The translations under genes were made by a program, and so were the position numbers. Shown piece after piece: positions 22,151 through 34,053 of a DNA stretch of 64,000 bases; positions within the stretch are counted from its first letter, which is position 1, and each line of letters starts with the position of its first letter. Location of the stretch: NCBI GenBank assembly GCA_013286585.1, contig JABDFK010000001.1:30977-94976 (forward strand), written 5' to 3'. Source of the DNA: Deltaproteobacteria bacterium. GTDB lineage: Bacteria; Bdellovibrionota; Bdellovibrionia; Bdellovibrionales; Bdellovibrionaceae. The notes under the pieces are model-generated. The model did not search any database and was not told the origin of the DNA. It saw only the letters and a program-made list of their open reading frames with translations.

Positions 22151-25100
22151 ATTGGCTCCGTTGGTCTTAGTGGGTTTACCTCTGAAACACCTGATCTGGA
22201 ATGCGTCAGCGCTAGCAAAAAGGCCTCGGCAGCATCGCTTTCGGTGATGCAGGGAATTCCTAGATCTGTGCAGGCCCGGCGAATGTCAAAACTGGCATCG
22301 ATAGACATTCGGCCTTTTGCAGTGTTCACCACAAAAGCCACGTGACCGTCGCGAATGCGGTCCACACAGTGAGGCCGGCCCTCGTGCACTTTGCGTAAGG
22401 CCATCGCCTGAATTCCATTTTCTGCGAAGAAGCTGGCAGTCCCGCGCGTGCCGGAAACCGAATATCCCATCTTGATCAAATCTTTGGCCAAAGCCAACAG
22501 TTCCGATTTGTCTTTATCCCGAAGTGAAAAGAACACTTCGCCTTTGCTGGGAAATTTCACATGACTGGACAACAGGGCTTTCATCAAAGCTTCCGGATAG
22601 TCACGACCGATGCCCATACTTTCACCGGTGGATTTCATCTCTGGTCCCAAGAGTGAGTCCGCTTCCGGAAATTTACGGAAAGGAAAGACCACTCCTTTGA
22701 CACTGACTGCGGGTGAGTTTCTCCATTGAAAACGCTGCGGCTTTAAAACTTTTGCTAAAGTTCCCAATGCGGCTTCAACACCCAAATCCACCAACGGAAT
22801 TCCAGTCGCCTTAGAGACAAACGGCACCGAGCGGGAGCTGCGAGGATTGGCCTCTAAAATAAAAATCTCGTCGTTTTTGATGGCCAGCTGTAAATTCAAA
22901 TGTCCCAGAATTCCTAGCTTATCGGCCAATTTTCCACTGAGCTCTTCGATGCGCTCGCAGGTGGCATCTTTCAAGCGCTGTGGCGGTAGCACTCCCATGC
23001 TGTCGCCGGAGTGAACACCCGCGGCTTCAATGTGCTCGACAATGCCGCCGATCACGACCCAGTCTTGACCGCGCACCAGATCCACATCCACTTCCAAGGC
23101 ATTTTCCAAAAATTGATCCATCAGACACGGGCGTTCGGCAGAAATGGCCTCGGCGTGACGTTCGAAGTAGGATTGCAACTCTTTGATGTTTTCGATGACT
23201 TCCATACGCCGGCCACCCAAGACGTAACTTGGACGACAAATGACTGGATAACCGATCTCTAAGACTTTTTGTGAAGCCTGCTCGAACGAATGCACCATCG
23301 CCGCTTTGGGAATTTTGAAATCAAGCTCCTGACAAATTTTCGTGAAGAGGCCACGATCTTCGGCCAAATCGATGGCTTTCAAACTGGAACCAACCAGCTG
23401 ATAGCCCTGCGCCACTAGCTCGTGAGCTAAGCTGATCGGCGTCTGTCCTCCCAATTGGGCAACGAATCCTTGAGCCTTCGACCAGCGCAAAACTTCACCG
23501 ACGTGCTCTGTCGTCAAAGGTTCAAAAAATAAAATGTCCGAAGTGTCATAATCAGTAGAGACTGTTTCTGGATTGGAATTGATCATGATGACTTGATGAC
23601 CCTTGCGCTGAAGCGCTTTCACGCCGCGCACACAGCCATAATCAAATTCAATTCCCTGGCCGATTCGGTTGGGACCACTGCCAATCACCATCATCGGTGA
23701 TTTGAACTGAGCCGGGGCCGAGATCTTGGACCAATAGGTCGAATAAAAATACGGTGTTTGCGAAGCGAACTCTCCAGCACAGGTGTCCACTTGTTGATAA
23801 CTAGGGAAAATATTTTGAGCTTCTCGGGAAACACGAATGCCTTTGGAAGTTTGGCCACACAAGCGGCCAATCAAAGCATCAGACATACCGTGGCGCTTAG
23901 CTTTCAACAGCAAATCGGCGGACAGCTGCTTGGAGGCTTTAACTTCATTTTCCACAGCCACAACATCGAACAATTTTTCCAGGAAGTACGGATGAATCTG
24001 CGTTAAGTCCTGCAGCTCTTGCAAACTTTTTCCGTCGCGCACGGCTTGATAAAGATGAAAAAGCCTTTGGCTATTGGGGTAAGAGATTTTTTCGGTCTGA
24101 GCTTTAATTTCGGGAAAGCCCTCGGGATGAAATTCCAGCGCCTGCACGGCCTTCATCAGCGATTCTTGCAGAGTGCGACCGATACCCATGACTTCGCCCA
24201 CGCTTTTCATTTGCGTGGTCAGCAAATCTTTAGCGCCAGGGAATTTTTCAAAAGCAAATCGCGGAATTTTTGTGACGATGTAGTCCAATGCGGGCTCATA
24301 GCAGCTGGGTGTGACCTTGGTGATGTCATTTTTAATTTCATCCAGGGTATAACCCACAGCCAAGAGCGCTGCAATTTTAGCTATCGGAAAGCCTGTGGCT
24401 TTCGAGGCCAAAGCGCTCGAACGACTCACGCGGGGATTCATTTCGATCACCACTCGCTCACCGGTCTGTGGATGCGTGGCGAACTGGATATTGGCACCGC
24501 CAGTTTGCACTCCCACTTCGTTGAGGATTTTGCAGGCCTCATCGCGCATGCTTTGGTACTCACGATCACTCAAAGTCTGTTGCGGCGCTACAGTGATCGA
24601 GTCGCCCGTGTGCACACCGCAAGGATCAAAATTTTCGATGGTGCAGACGACCACGAAAGTTCCTGCGCGATCGCGCATCACTTCCAATTCGAATTCCTTC
24701 CAACCCAAGATGCTTTCTTCCACTAAGCATTCCGAGGTCGGGCTTTCATGCAGAGCTTGTGCGATCATGCGTTTGTACTCGTCGATCGAGTATGCCACTC
24801 CTCCGCCGCCGCCGCCCAAAGTGTAATTGGGGCGAAGGATCAGGGGGAAACCCAATTTTTCCGCGGCCAACAAACCTTGTTCGAAGGTCCGCACCATTTC
24901 TGATTTGGCATATTTTGCGCCCACTTTGTCCAAAATTCCGCGAAATTCTTCGCGGTCTTCAGCCGCGCGGATCACTTGTGGATCGGCCCCCAGCAATTGC
25001 ACCCGGTGTTTCTGTAATACTCCTTTTTGATGGAGTTCCAGCGCCAGATTCAATGCGGTTTGGCCACCCAAGGTGGGTATCAGCGCATCCGGCTTTTCTT

Positions 25101-25338
25101 TGGCGATGATTTTTTCTAGGAACTCCACCTTTAAAGGCTCTACGTAAACCCGGGTGGCGATCTCTGGATCGGTCATGATCGTGGCGGGGTTGGAGTTGAC
25201 CAGAATCACCTCAAGACCCTCGTTCATTAAGGCCTTGCAGGCCTGCGTGCCAGAGTAATCAAACTCGCAAGCTTGGCCAATGACGATAGGACCACTTCCG
25301 ACGATCAGAACTTTTTTGATGTCTTCACGTTTCGGCAA
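22147..25338 (-). CDS. carB: Carbamoyl-phosphate synthase large subunit
   Basis: 1063 aa with duplicated ATP-grasp halves ('[24 protein letters not shown]', '[21 protein letters not shown]') and an MGS-like C-terminal domain. Confidence 0.97.
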   Translation of the reverse strand: MPKREDIKKVLIVGSGPIVIGQACEFDYSGTQACKALMNEGLEVILVNSNPATIMTDPEIATRVYVEPLKVEFLEKIIAKEKPDALIPTLGGQTALNLALELHQKGVLQKHRVQLLGADPQVIRAAEDREEFRGILDKVGAKYAKSEMVRTFEQGLLAAEKLGFPLILRPNYTLGGGGGGVAYSIDEYKRMIAQALHESPTSECLVEESILGWKEFELEVMRDRAGTFVVVCTIENFDPCGVHTGDSITVAPQQTLSDREYQSMRDEACKILNEVGVQTGGANIQFATHPQTGERVVIEMNPRVSRSSALASKATGFPIAKIAALLAVGYTLDEIKNDITKVTPSCYEPALDYIVTKIPRFAFEKFPGAKDLLTTQMKSVGEVMGIGRTLQESLMKAVQALEFHPEGFPEIKAQTEKISYPNSQRLFHLYQAVRDGKSLQELQDLTQIHPYFLEKLFDVVAVENEVKASKQLSADLLLKAKRHGMSDALIGRLCGQTSKGIRVSREAQNIFPSYQQVDTCAGEFASQTPYFYSTYWSKISAPAQFKSPMMVIGSGPNRIGQGIEFDYGCVRGVKALQRKGHQVIMINSNPETVSTDYDTSDILFFEPLTTEHVGEVLRWSKAQGFVAQLGGQTPISLAHELVAQGYQLVGSSLKAIDLAEDRGLFTKICQELDFKIPKAAMVHSFEQASQKVLEIGYPVICRPSYVLGGRRMEVIENIKELQSYFERHAEAISAERPCLMDQFLENALEVDVDLVRGQDWVVIGGIVEHIEAAGVHSGDSMGVLPPQRLKDATCERIEELSGKLADKLGILGHLNLQLAIKNDEIFILEANPRSSRSVPFVSKATGIPLVDLGVEAALGTLAKVLKPQRFQWRNSPAVSVKGVVFPFRKFPEADSLLGPEMKSTGESMGIGRDYPEALMKALLSSHVKFPSKGEVFFSLRDKDKSELLALAKDLIKMGYSVSGTRGTASFFAENGIQAMALRKVHEGRPHCVDRIRDGHVAFVVNTAKGRMSIDASFDIRRACTDLGIPCITESDAAEAFLLALTHSRSGVSEVNPLRPTEPM

Positions 25339-25354
25339 CTGACAACTCCACTGG

Positions 25355-26023
25355 TTAGACTTTACTTTCGTTCGAATAAATCATTTCGACTTTCACATGG
25401 CGATAGCGCTCGAATTTGTAGCGCATGCGCACCAGCCGCAACATCATGTCTTCGGGATTCAGATCCGCATCCTTACGATGTCGCTTCACTTCCGACAAAA
25501 TGAATTTGCGCGCTTCCTTCGGATGGAAACAAAATCCCTTGGTAAAAAGCCAACTGCCATTCACCGGGATCATGCGCGCCTCGAAGATTTCCTCGGATTC
25601 AAATCCATAAATCCATGGTGATTGCTTGACGATCATCTTTTCGTTTTTCAGCAGGTCCTTCAAATGCACATCGCCGTCTTTAATTTTCAAAAACTCAAAA
25701 AGGCTATGCCGATGGTTCTTCAAGTTTTCAATCAAGGCTAGCTCTTCGGCGGTAAAGCGCAGCTCTCGCGCGACGTGATAGCACTCCAGTGGAGTCTGTC
25801 CAATGCCCGCCAGCTCACGGGTGAAGAAATACCAGTCAAAAAATTGATTCATGCGCAGATCGTAGCTAGGTGAGTTCTCGTCTAGGATTCCGGCGTTGTC
25901 AAAAAACTGAATTTTTGCCATGCGGATCTCTTCTTTGAATTGAGCGCCAGCGAAATGATTCAATACCTTCTGAATCAAATCGGCGTAATTCGGAGCGCTG
26001 TCAGAAAGAGCTGTGGGGTTCAT
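25355..26023 (-). CDS. Hypothetical protein encoded between carA and carB
   Basis: 222-aa ORF. Its start overlaps the carA stop (ATGA) and its stop lies 16 nt before the carB start. No signal peptide, TM or family recognised. Confidence 0.6.
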   Translation of the reverse strand: MNPTALSDSAPNYADLIQKVLNHFAGAQFKEEIRMAKIQFFDNAGILDENSPSYDLRMNQFFDWYFFTRELAGIGQTPLECYHVARELRFTAEELALIENLKNHRHSLFEFLKIKDGDVHLKDLLKNEKMIVKQSPWIYGFESEEIFEARMIPVNGSWLFTKGFCFHPKEARKFILSEVKRHRKDADLNPEDMMLRLVRMRYKFERYRHVKVEMIYSNESKV

Positions 26024-27117
26024 GCCTTTCCCTTTCCAATCATATTGTTGACGAAAAAATCAAAAAGTCCGGAAGCATCGTGGGGACCGGGATGGCTCTC
26101 GGGATGATATTGAATGCCTAAGCAATTTTTGGCTTCACTGTAAAAACCGGCCACCGTTCCATCGTTCAAATTCGTGTGCGTCACTTTGGTGTGAGATGGC
26201 AAGCTGGATGGCTCAACGGCGTAGCCATGATTTTGACTGGTCATATAGACCTGCTGAAGCAAGGTGTCCTTGATGGGATGATTGCTGCCGCGATGACCAA
26301 ATTTCATCTTGTAGGTTTTTCCACCCAGCGCAATTCCAAGAATTTGATGTCCCATGCAGATTCCAAAGATGGGCTTCACTCCGATGAGCTCTCGCACGGT
26401 GCCTGGTGCCACTTGCACGTCACCGGGATCACCAGGACCGTTCGTGAGCATCAATCCGTCAACATTGGCGGACATAATCTCGCTGACAGAGGCACGCGAA
26501 GGAAAAATGACCAGCTCGGAGCATCTGGCTTCAAGCTCGCGAAAAATATTTTCCTTGGCTCCAAAATCAAGAACGCCGATGCGCGGACCATTCGATTTTT
26601 TTCCAGGTCGGACTTCTTTTTCTTTTCGACTGGCCAACCAGGCCCAGTCCATTTCAATTTTTCTTCTTTCGGCGATCAAAGCTTTGGCTTTTTGTAGAGC
26701 TTCGGCCTCTGATTTGGCACTAATCACTGCTCCCCAAGGTGTACCACCGCTGCGCAAGCGTAGAGTGATCTGACGAGTGTCGACTTCGCTGAGCAGTGGG
26801 ACTTGATTTTCGCTGAGGCGCTGTATCCAGGCGTGGTCTCTTTCGCTTTGGCTGACCTGCAGGCAAACGAATCCTTCGATCCAGATTTTTCGCGACTCCC
26901 AAAAAGAAGAGTCGACCCCGTAGTTTCCCTGCATGGGTGCGGTCATCATGACGATCTGTGAAAAATAAGAGGGGTCCGTGGCGATCTCTTCGTAGCCGGA
27001 ATGGGAAGTGTTGAACACCACCTCTCCCGCACGATCAATTCCACCGCTGCCGTGCCAGACGCCGCTGTATATTTCTCCAGTCTCTAGCACTAAATATCCT
27101 GTAGATTTTGAACTCAT
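26020..27117 (-). CDS. carA: Carbamoyl-phosphate synthase small (glutaminase) subunit
   Basis: 'GYLVLETGEIYSG', 'GYEEIATDPSY', GATase triad context 'PIFGICMGHQIL' and 'GIQYHPES'. Confidence 0.95.
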   Translation of the reverse strand: MSSKSTGYLVLETGEIYSGVWHGSGGIDRAGEVVFNTSHSGYEEIATDPSYFSQIVMMTAPMQGNYGVDSSFWESRKIWIEGFVCLQVSQSERDHAWIQRLSENQVPLLSEVDTRQITLRLRSGGTPWGAVISAKSEAEALQKAKALIAERRKIEMDWAWLASRKEKEVRPGKKSNGPRIGVLDFGAKENIFRELEARCSELVIFPSRASVSEIMSANVDGLMLTNGPGDPGDVQVAPGTVRELIGVKPIFGICMGHQILGIALGGKTYKMKFGHRGSNHPIKDTLLQQVYMTSQNHGYAVEPSSLPSHTKVTHTNLNDGTVAGFYSEAKNCLGIQYHPESHPGPHDASGLFDFFVNNMIGKGKA

Positions 27118-28043
27118 AGCAAAGAGCCCTCCACCGTCGACATCAAGGTCGAGCGTAAAATAGCTTCGCGGACAAACACGCCATTGCTCACTTGTTGTAA
27201 AACTCGGCAGCGTGGATCGGCCAAAACTTCGCTTTCCATTTCGATTCCATGATTGATAGGCCCCGGGTGCATGATCAGGCCCTGTGCCTTCAGATTTTTT
27301 AAACGTGCGGCGCTTAAGCCATAATTTCGACGATATTCTTCGGTAGAGAAAATTTTAAAGCCCGACTGATGCCGTTCAAACTGACAGCGCAGTACGATCA
27401 CCACGTCGGCCCATGAAAGTCCTTCATTCAGATCCAGAAAAGTTTTGGTGGGATTGGACTCTGGCTGAAATTCCGCCGGAGCACAAACCGCCACCTGAGT
27501 TTTAAGAGTTTTTGAAATTTCAAAGTGAGAGGCCGCCACACGACTGTGCCGAATATCGCCAACGAAAAGAATTTTTTTGCCTTCCATGACGCCAGACTCA
27601 AGACCCATGGTCTGCTGCATAGTGAACACATCCAGCAGAGCTTGCGTCGGATGTCCCTTCACTCCCCAACCGGCGTTCAGAATTCCGCAGGGAATATTGC
27701 GACTCATCTCTTCGAGATTCACAGAGTCTCCGCAGCGGATCACCAAAATGTGCGGATTCATCGCCGCCACATTGAGAATGGAGTCTTCCACTGATTCGCC
27801 TTTTTCCAGAGAACTACCGCCACCGTCCAACAGCAAGGGCGACAATCCAATGCGATGGGCTGCGGTTTCAAAACTGATGCGCGTGCGCGTGCTGGCCTCG
27901 AAAAACAAGAGGCCGATGGTCAAACCCGTCGGTTGGTAAGCCCTATTTTTAGTTTTGATTTCTTGGGCCAATGAAAACAGTCGGTGAATTTGAGAAGAGG
28001 AAAGAGACTTCAAATCCAGGAGCGAAGCACTTGGCTTAGACAT
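27114..28043 (-). CDS. pyrB: Aspartate carbamoyltransferase catalytic subunit
   Basis: 'FFEASTRTRISFE', 'KGHPTQALLD', 'GDIRHSRVA', 'HPGPINHGIE'. Confidence 0.95.
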   Translation of the reverse strand: MSKPSASLLDLKSLSSSQIHRLFSLAQEIKTKNRAYQPTGLTIGLLFFEASTRTRISFETAAHRIGLSPLLLDGGGSSLEKGESVEDSILNVAAMNPHILVIRCGDSVNLEEMSRNIPCGILNAGWGVKGHPTQALLDVFTMQQTMGLESGVMEGKKILFVGDIRHSRVAASHFEISKTLKTQVAVCAPAEFQPESNPTKTFLDLNEGLSWADVVIVLRCQFERHQSGFKIFSTEEYRRNYGLSAARLKNLKAQGLIMHPGPINHGIEMESEVLADPRCRVLQQVSNGVFVREAILRSTLMSTVEGSLL

Positions 28044-28089
28044 TGCTAAAAACGGTATAAAAAACAGCCCAAGCTGTCAATGGATCCCC

Positions 28090-28770
28090 TCATTTTATCA
28101 GAGAGAAAAGGCGATCTCGACGCACTTCTGGAAGACGATTGTCCGCCCATTTTTTAGCCCAATCCAAGGACAGCCAAATCAGCTGAACCCGGCCCTCCAC
28201 CCGATCTATCGGCACAGTGCCCCAGTAACGCGAATCATCACTGGCATCACGATTGTCACCCATCAAAAAAATTTCCTGCGGCGGGACAACCAGAGGCCCG
28301 AAGGACTTGGCGTGAGGCCCTTTTTTGCGCAAAATCGTACGGGGGCCTTCTTGGGCCTGCTCGGTCACTAGCTCAAATTCATCCGGAGTTTGCAGTCCCG
28401 CCACCTGTGCCTGCGCATATTCCATCTTCTTGCCATTGATGCTGAGTTCACCGTTGACGATCTCGATGCGGTCGCCCGGAAGACCGATGACTCTTTTGAC
28501 GTAATTGACGTTGGGCTGCTCTGGAAAAGTAAAAACCACGACCTCGCCTCGAAGCGGGGAATTCACCACCCACTTGCTTTGCGCCAGAGGCAGCTTGATC
28601 CCGTAAGGCAGGCGATAGGCGAAAATAAAATCACCAGGAAGAAGTGTGGGTGACATGGAACTGGTCGGCACTCGGTATCCGGTCCAAATAAATGTTCGAA
28701 CGAATAGCGCCAAGAAAATCGCTACCAAAATATTTTCGAAATAGTCCCGCCAGAGCTTTCTTTGAAGCAT
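28090..28770 (-). CDS. lepB: Signal peptidase I, paralog 4 of 4 in transcription order
   Basis: ORF extends to 28839; preferred start MLQRKLW (28770). Catalytic Ser box 'PTSSMSPTLLPGD', Lys box 'VKRVIGLPGD', 'GDNRDASDDSRYWG'. Confidence 0.85.
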   Translation of the reverse strand: MLQRKLWRDYFENILVAIFLALFVRTFIWTGYRVPTSSMSPTLLPGDFIFAYRLPYGIKLPLAQSKWVVNSPLRGEVVVFTFPEQPNVNYVKRVIGLPGDRIEIVNGELSINGKKMEYAQAQVAGLQTPDEFELVTEQAQEGPRTILRKKGPHAKSFGPLVVPPQEIFLMGDNRDASDDSRYWGTVPIDRVEGRVQLIWLSLDWAKKWADNRLPEVRRDRLFSLIK

Positions 28771-28787
28771 AGGCCTATCTTGTCTCT

Positions 28788-29468
28788 TTATCGAACTCCA
28801 AGCAAGAGGCGATTCCACCGAATTGTGCTGGGATCGCACAAAAAACTGGCGGAGGGCAAAGTTTTCTCACAAGCCAGCCACACCCGCTGCACCGATCCGA
28901 CAAAATTTTCCTCTGGCACAAATCCCCAAACCCGTGAATCGGAGGATTGATCGCGATTATCACCCATGGCGAAATACATTCCTTGTGGAACTTTGACACT
29001 CGCGTAAGAAGCGATTTCGTGATCTAAATAGCGCACCAGGTGTCCCGATTCTTTGAAATATTCAAAGCGATCGTCGGCATCGGACGGACGCTCCACTGGC
29101 TGCAACTCTTGCCGCTGCCCATTCACTGAAAGAATTCCGTGATCCAGTTGCAGCTCGTCGCCGGGAAGAGCGACAATGCGCTTCACAAAATACACTTCCG
29201 GGGTCTCTGGATAGCGAAAAACAGCAATGTCCCCACGTTTGGGATTCGACCAATGCAAAATCCATTTTTTTGAAAATGGCACATGAATTCCGTAGACCAT
29301 CTTATTGGCGATGATGTGATCGTGAATCAACAGCGTGGGAATCATGCTGCCAGAAGGCACGACGAAAGGTTCTATGATCAGCCAACGCACTCCGATCACC
29401 AATGCCAACGGCCCAAAAAACGTGAATAGCGCTTGAGGCCAAGTGGCGCGGAGATCTTTTTTCATCAA
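28788..29468 (-). CDS. lepB: Signal peptidase I, paralog 3 of 4
   Basis: 'PSGSMIPTLLIHD', 'VKRIVALPGD', 'GDNRDQSSDSRVWG'. ATGA overlap with the upstream paralog. Confidence 0.9.
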   Translation of the reverse strand: MMKKDLRATWPQALFTFFGPLALVIGVRWLIIEPFVVPSGSMIPTLLIHDHIIANKMVYGIHVPFSKKWILHWSNPKRGDIAVFRYPETPEVYFVKRIVALPGDELQLDHGILSVNGQRQELQPVERPSDADDRFEYFKESGHLVRYLDHEIASYASVKVPQGMYFAMGDNRDQSSDSRVWGFVPEENFVGSVQRVWLACEKTLPSASFLCDPSTIRWNRLLLGVR

Positions 29469-30241
29469 TTCACAGCGTTGAGCAATCGACCCCAGCGAAC
29501 CGTCAATGGATTGCAGAGCACACCCACCACAGGCAACATCTCATCACAGGACAGCCAGATCAGACTTGCCCGGCCCAAAATATTCTCTTTGGGCATATAG
29601 CCCCAATAGCGGCTGTCGTTGGAGTTATGCCGATTATCACCCATCATGAACAAATAGCCTTCGGGAACTTTCACAGGGCCAAAGTGATCATCCGCGACGC
29701 CCTGGCGAAGCAGGACGCTATGCTCTTTGATTCCGCCGGTGACTTGAAGTTTTTCGATAAAGTGATCGTAGTGCATGAGCGAATCGTGACCTTCCTTATC
29801 CTGCTTGAAATCATAGTCCCGAATCTTCATGAACACTTCATTCTTAGGATCAGGAGTTCGCTCTTGCGCCACATCGTTGATGTAGAGAGTACCGGCATCG
29901 AACGCGATCTTATCGCCAGGCACGCCCACCACTCGTTTGATCAGAAAAGTTCCCATTTCGTTCGGATGTTTGAAGACGATGATCTCTCCGCGTTCGGGCT
30001 CTTTGAATTTCACTAGCCAGTTTTCGCTGAAGGGAACTCGCAGTCCATAGACCAATTTGTTCACGAAGATATGATCGTTGATCAACAGCGATGGCAGCAT
30101 ACTGCCCGTGGGAATCACATAGGATTCAAACAGACCCCAGCGGATGGTGAGTGCCGCCAAGATCGCCAAGGCCAAACCACCCCAGCCGTCTTTCCAAAAT
30201 TCTCTGCTCTTGACGTTAAAGTTTGAGTAATTGTTGGCCAT
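29465..30241 (-). CDS. lepB: Signal peptidase I, paralog 2 of 4
   Basis: '[19 protein letters not shown]', '[10 protein letters not shown]', 'GDNRHNSNDSRYWG'. Confidence 0.9.
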   Translation of the reverse strand: MANNYSNFNVKSREFWKDGWGGLALAILAALTIRWGLFESYVIPTGSMLPSLLINDHIFVNKLVYGLRVPFSENWLVKFKEPERGEIIVFKHPNEMGTFLIKRVVGVPGDKIAFDAGTLYINDVAQERTPDPKNEVFMKIRDYDFKQDKEGHDSLMHYDHFIEKLQVTGGIKEHSVLLRQGVADDHFGPVKVPEGYLFMMGDNRHNSNDSRYWGYMPKENILGRASLIWLSCDEMLPVVGVLCNPLTVRWGRLLNAVN

Positions 30242-30249
30242 ATTCCCCC

Positions 30250-31002
30250 TTAATTAACCACATGTCCAAAACGCTTCCAACGAATGGTCGTTGGATTGCA
30301 GATCACACTGACAACAGGCAAAGTTTCTTCGCAAGAAAGCCAGACGAAGCTAGCCCGACCTAAAATATTTTGCTCTGGCAGAAATCCCCACACCCGGCTG
30401 TCGTGGGAGTTATTGCGATTGTCACCCATGACGAAAAGATGTCCTTCGGGAACGACCACCGGGCCGAATTTGTCGTAGATATCCCCACGACGAAGCAAGA
30501 TGCTATGGTCGATAGGGCCCGGCAATGTTTCGGTGAAGTGCACATAGTTTTCTTTGCTATCGTAGGCGTTCACTTCGCGCTGAAAGTCCGCATCCCGAAG
30601 CCACAGATAATCTTCGGAAGTGAGCGGAACTTTCTTTTCCATGGCCTGATCATTGACGAATAATGTGCCCTGTTCGTAGGCGATTTTATCGCCCGGCACA
30701 CCCACCACTCGTTTGATGAAAAAAGTGGACGGGTCGCGGGGATATTTAAACACCACGACTTCACCGCGCTTAGGATCAGAAAATTTGGCCAGCCATTTTT
30801 CGGTGAAGGGAACGCGCAAACCATAGACGAATTTGTTCACAAAGATATGGTCATGGATCAAGAGAGAGGGAAGCATGCTGCCCGACGGAATCACATAGGC
30901 TTCAAAGAAGGCCCAGCGAATGAACATGGCAAAAACGATCGCCACGGCCAGGGAGCCCCAGCCTTCGGTCCAAAATTTTTTCTCCCGCCAACCGTACTTC
31001 AA
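30250..31002 (-). CDS. lepB: Signal peptidase I, paralog 1 of 4
   Basis: '[19 protein letters not shown]', '[10 protein letters not shown]', '[14 protein letters not shown]'. Start overlaps the lepA stop (ATGA). Confidence 0.9.
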   Translation of the reverse strand: MKYGWREKKFWTEGWGSLAVAIVFAMFIRWAFFEAYVIPSGSMLPSLLIHDHIFVNKFVYGLRVPFTEKWLAKFSDPKRGEVVVFKYPRDPSTFFIKRVVGVPGDKIAYEQGTLFVNDQAMEKKVPLTSEDYLWLRDADFQREVNAYDSKENYVHFTETLPGPIDHSILLRRGDIYDKFGPVVVPEGHLFVMGDNRNNSHDSRVWGFLPEQNILGRASFVWLSCEETLPVVSVICNPTTIRWKRFGHVVN

Positions 31003-32801
31003 TCTTCCACCTTTAAAATCGCCAAGAAAGCTTCTTGCGGAACTTCGACGTTGCCCACGGCCTTCATGCGTTTTTTACCTTCTTTTTGTTTCTCTAGAAG
31101 TTTGCGTTTTCGAGAGATGTCCCCGCCGTAACACTTGGCGGTCACGTCTTTACGAAGGGCTCCGAGCGTTTCCCGCGCGATAATTTTGGCGCCAATAGCG
31201 GCTTGAATGGCGATTTGATATTGCTGCCGAGGGATCAGTTCTTTCATTTTCTCACAGAGCAAGCGTCCGCGCACGAGAGCCTTCGATCGATGCACCACCA
31301 ATGACAGGGCATCAATGGCATCACCATTGATCATGACGTCCATTTTGACCAGATCCGATTCTTCGAATCCCATGAGGTCGTACTCCATGGAGGCATAACC
31401 TTTGGTGATGGACTTCAGACGATCATAGAAATCCATGACGATTTCATTCATCGGTAATTTGTATTCGATGATGACTTTGCTCTCGCTGACGTAATCCATT
31501 TTAATCTGAGTGCCGCGTTTATCTTCGCACAATTTCAACAGCACGCCGATGAATTCGGAGGGCGCATGCAGGGTCACCTTCACATAAGGCTCTTCCAGTT
31601 TTGTGATCTTCACTTCTGCTGGCATCTGCGAAGGATTGTCCAGTTCTTTCACCGTGCCGTCAGTCAGGGTCACACGATAGACGACCGTAGGGGCCGTGGT
31701 GATCAGGTTCAGATTGAACTCACGCTCCAAGCGTTCTTGCACGATTTCCATATGCAACAAACCCAAGAAGCCGCAGCGATAACCAAAGCCCAACGCTTCG
31801 GATTTTTCTTTTTCGAAGGTGAGCGAGGAATCATTCAGCGCCAATTTTGCCAACGCGTCTTTTAAATTATCAAATTCAGTGGCGTCGATGGGATAAATCC
31901 CCGCAAAGACCATGGACTTCATTCTCTGGAATCCCGGCAATGGTTCCAGCGCCGGATTTTTTGCCGCTGTGACAGTGTCGCCAACTTTGACGTCGCGAAT
32001 GTCTTTAATACCACAGATGAGAAAACCCACCTCGCCGGCTTCTAAGGATTCGACGCCCACAGGAAATGGCGCATTTTTTCCCAATCTTAAAACTTCGTAA
32101 TCACGGCTAGTGGCCATGAAGCGAATTTTGTCTCCCTTTTTAACCTGCCCGTCTTTCAAGCGCACCAGAACGATCACGCCCTGGTAAGCATCAAACCATG
32201 AATCAAAAATCAACGCTCGTAAAGTGAGAGCACGATCGGCCACTGGCGGTGGTACACGTTTAACGATGGCTTCTAAAATTTCATTGATGCCTTTGCGTTC
32301 TTTGGCGGAAGCATGAATGATGCCCTCGCAATTCAAGCCGACGGTGTCTTCGATCTGCTTGCGGACACCCTCTGGATCCGCTGACGGCAGGTCGACTTTG
32401 TTGAGCACTGGCACCACTTCCAAATTATTTTCCATCGCCAAGTAAACGTTGGCTAAAGTCTGAGCCTCAACTCCCTGAGCCGCATCAACCACCAACAGTG
32501 CGCCTTCGCAGGCAGCCAGAGAGCGAGAGACTTCGTAACTGAAATCCACGTGCCCCGGGGTATCAATCAAGTTGAACTGATATTCATGTCCATCGGGCGA
32601 TTTATAACTCAGGCAAACAGACTGAGCTTTGATGGTGATACCACGCTCACGCTCGAGCTCCATGTTGTCTAGAAATTGCGCTTTTTCTTCGCGCGCGGAA
32701 AGCGAACCCGTCGCATGCATTAGCGCATCGGCCAAGGTGGATTTACCGTGGTCGATGTGGGCAATGATGGAAAAATTACGGATGTACTTAGGATCTACCA
32801 T
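30999..32801 (-). CDS. lepA: Translation elongation factor 4 (LepA)
   Basis: '[19 protein letters not shown]', 'DTPGHVDF', 'NKVDL', LepA C-terminal domain. Preferred start MVDPKY at 32801, overlapping the metK stop (TGATG). ORF extends to 32855. Confidence 0.95.
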   Translation of the reverse strand: MVDPKYIRNFSIIAHIDHGKSTLADALMHATGSLSAREEKAQFLDNMELERERGITIKAQSVCLSYKSPDGHEYQFNLIDTPGHVDFSYEVSRSLAACEGALLVVDAAQGVEAQTLANVYLAMENNLEVVPVLNKVDLPSADPEGVRKQIEDTVGLNCEGIIHASAKERKGINEILEAIVKRVPPPVADRALTLRALIFDSWFDAYQGVIVLVRLKDGQVKKGDKIRFMATSRDYEVLRLGKNAPFPVGVESLEAGEVGFLICGIKDIRDVKVGDTVTAAKNPALEPLPGFQRMKSMVFAGIYPIDATEFDNLKDALAKLALNDSSLTFEKEKSEALGFGYRCGFLGLLHMEIVQERLEREFNLNLITTAPTVVYRVTLTDGTVKELDNPSQMPAEVKITKLEEPYVKVTLHAPSEFIGVLLKLCEDKRGTQIKMDYVSESKVIIEYKLPMNEIVMDFYDRLKSITKGYASMEYDLMGFEESDLVKMDVMINGDAIDALSLVVHRSKALVRGRLLCEKMKELIPRQQYQIAIQAAIGAKIIARETLGALRKDVTAKCYGGDISRKRKLLEKQKEGKKRMKAVGNVEVPQEAFLAILKVED

Positions 32802-33964
32802 CAGATGGTTTTGGCCAATTCCTTCACTGCAGATACTTTGTCTAATTTCTCCCAAGAGAAACCTTCGCGACCGAAGTGACCGTAAGCCGCAGTGTCGCTG
32901 TAAATCGGTTTGAGCAAATCGAAATCTTTGATGATTTTAGCAGGCTTCAAAGACCAAAGCTGGCGCACGATTTTTTCCAGTTTTTCGCTGCCCAGTTTAC
33001 CAGTGCCGAAATCATTCACGCTGATAGAGACGGGCTCTGCCACGCCAATCGCATAAGCGACTTGCACCAGACATTTTTCAGCCACTCCGGCTGCCACTAA
33101 GTTTTTAGCCACGTGTCTGGCTGCATAGGCTGCGCTGCGATCCACTTTTGAAGGATCTTTCCCCGAGAAAGCGCCGCCGCCGTGAGCCCCGTGCCCACCG
33201 TAAGTGTCGACGATGATTTTTCGTCCCGTAAGGCCGGCATCACCCATAGGGCCGCCGACAACAAAGCGTCCGGTGGGATTGATATAAAATTTTGTTTTTG
33301 CATCCATGTACTGAGCGGGAATTTGTTTTTTGATCAGCTCTTCCATGACGAATTCTTTGATGCTGCCAAGACCAGCGGCCTCAGAATGCTGAGTGGAAAT
33401 TACGATAGCGTCGATGCGTTTGATTTTGCCCTCGTTGTATTCCACGGTGACCTGCGATTTGCTGTCAGGTCGCAACCAGTCCACCTTGTTGCTCTTACGA
33501 AGTTTTGCGAGCTCAAACATCAGTTTGTGCGAAAGGGAAATCGACAGCGGCATGTACTCTGGAGTTTCGTTGACCGCGTAACCGAACATCAGACCCTGAT
33601 CGCCGGCACCTTGATCGTCCGACAGAGTTTCTTTCACTCCCATAGCGATATCGCCGGATTGTTGACCGACGGAAACTACCACACCGCAAGTTTTGTAATC
33701 GAAGCCCTTGTCGGTGTCATCGTAACCAATTTTTTGAATGGTTTGACGAGCGATTTCGCCGATGTTGATTTTAGCGTTGGTGGTGATTTCGCCCGCGACG
33801 ACACACAAACCTGTGGTCATCAGAGTTTCGCAAGCGACACGGCCGCGAGTGTCCTGTGACAAAATCGCATCCAAAACGGCATCGCTGACTTGATCGCACA
33901 TTTTGTCTGGATGACCTTCGGAAACGGATTCACTGGTGAACAAATAGTTCTTGAGCTGGGACAT
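32801..33964 (-). CDS. metK: S-adenosylmethionine synthase
   Basis: '[25 protein letters not shown]', '[12 protein letters not shown]', '[28 protein letters not shown]'. Confidence 0.97.
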   Translation of the reverse strand: MSQLKNYLFTSESVSEGHPDKMCDQVSDAVLDAILSQDTRGRVACETLMTTGLCVVAGEITTNAKINIGEIARQTIQKIGYDDTDKGFDYKTCGVVVSVGQQSGDIAMGVKETLSDDQGAGDQGLMFGYAVNETPEYMPLSISLSHKLMFELAKLRKSNKVDWLRPDSKSQVTVEYNEGKIKRIDAIVISTQHSEAAGLGSIKEFVMEELIKKQIPAQYMDAKTKFYINPTGRFVVGGPMGDAGLTGRKIIVDTYGGHGAHGGGAFSGKDPSKVDRSAAYAARHVAKNLVAAGVAEKCLVQVAYAIGVAEPVSISVNDFGTGKLGSEKLEKIVRQLWSLKPAKIIKDFDLLKPIYSDTAAYGHFGREGFSWEKLDKVSAVKELAKTI

Positions 33965-34053
33965 AAATTAACCTCCGGTATAAGCCCCGGAAAGCTAACA
34001 AATACTGAGAAGGATAGCAAGAGCGCGTCCGACGGACGGGCCAACAAACCGGT

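Noticed and set aside
33965-34053. Possible SAM riboswitch in the metK leader.
   Set aside because: The hpf-metK gap is only ~90 nt, and I could not recognise SAM-I or SAM-II/V consensus elements on the minus strand. A cmscan would be needed to exclude it fully.
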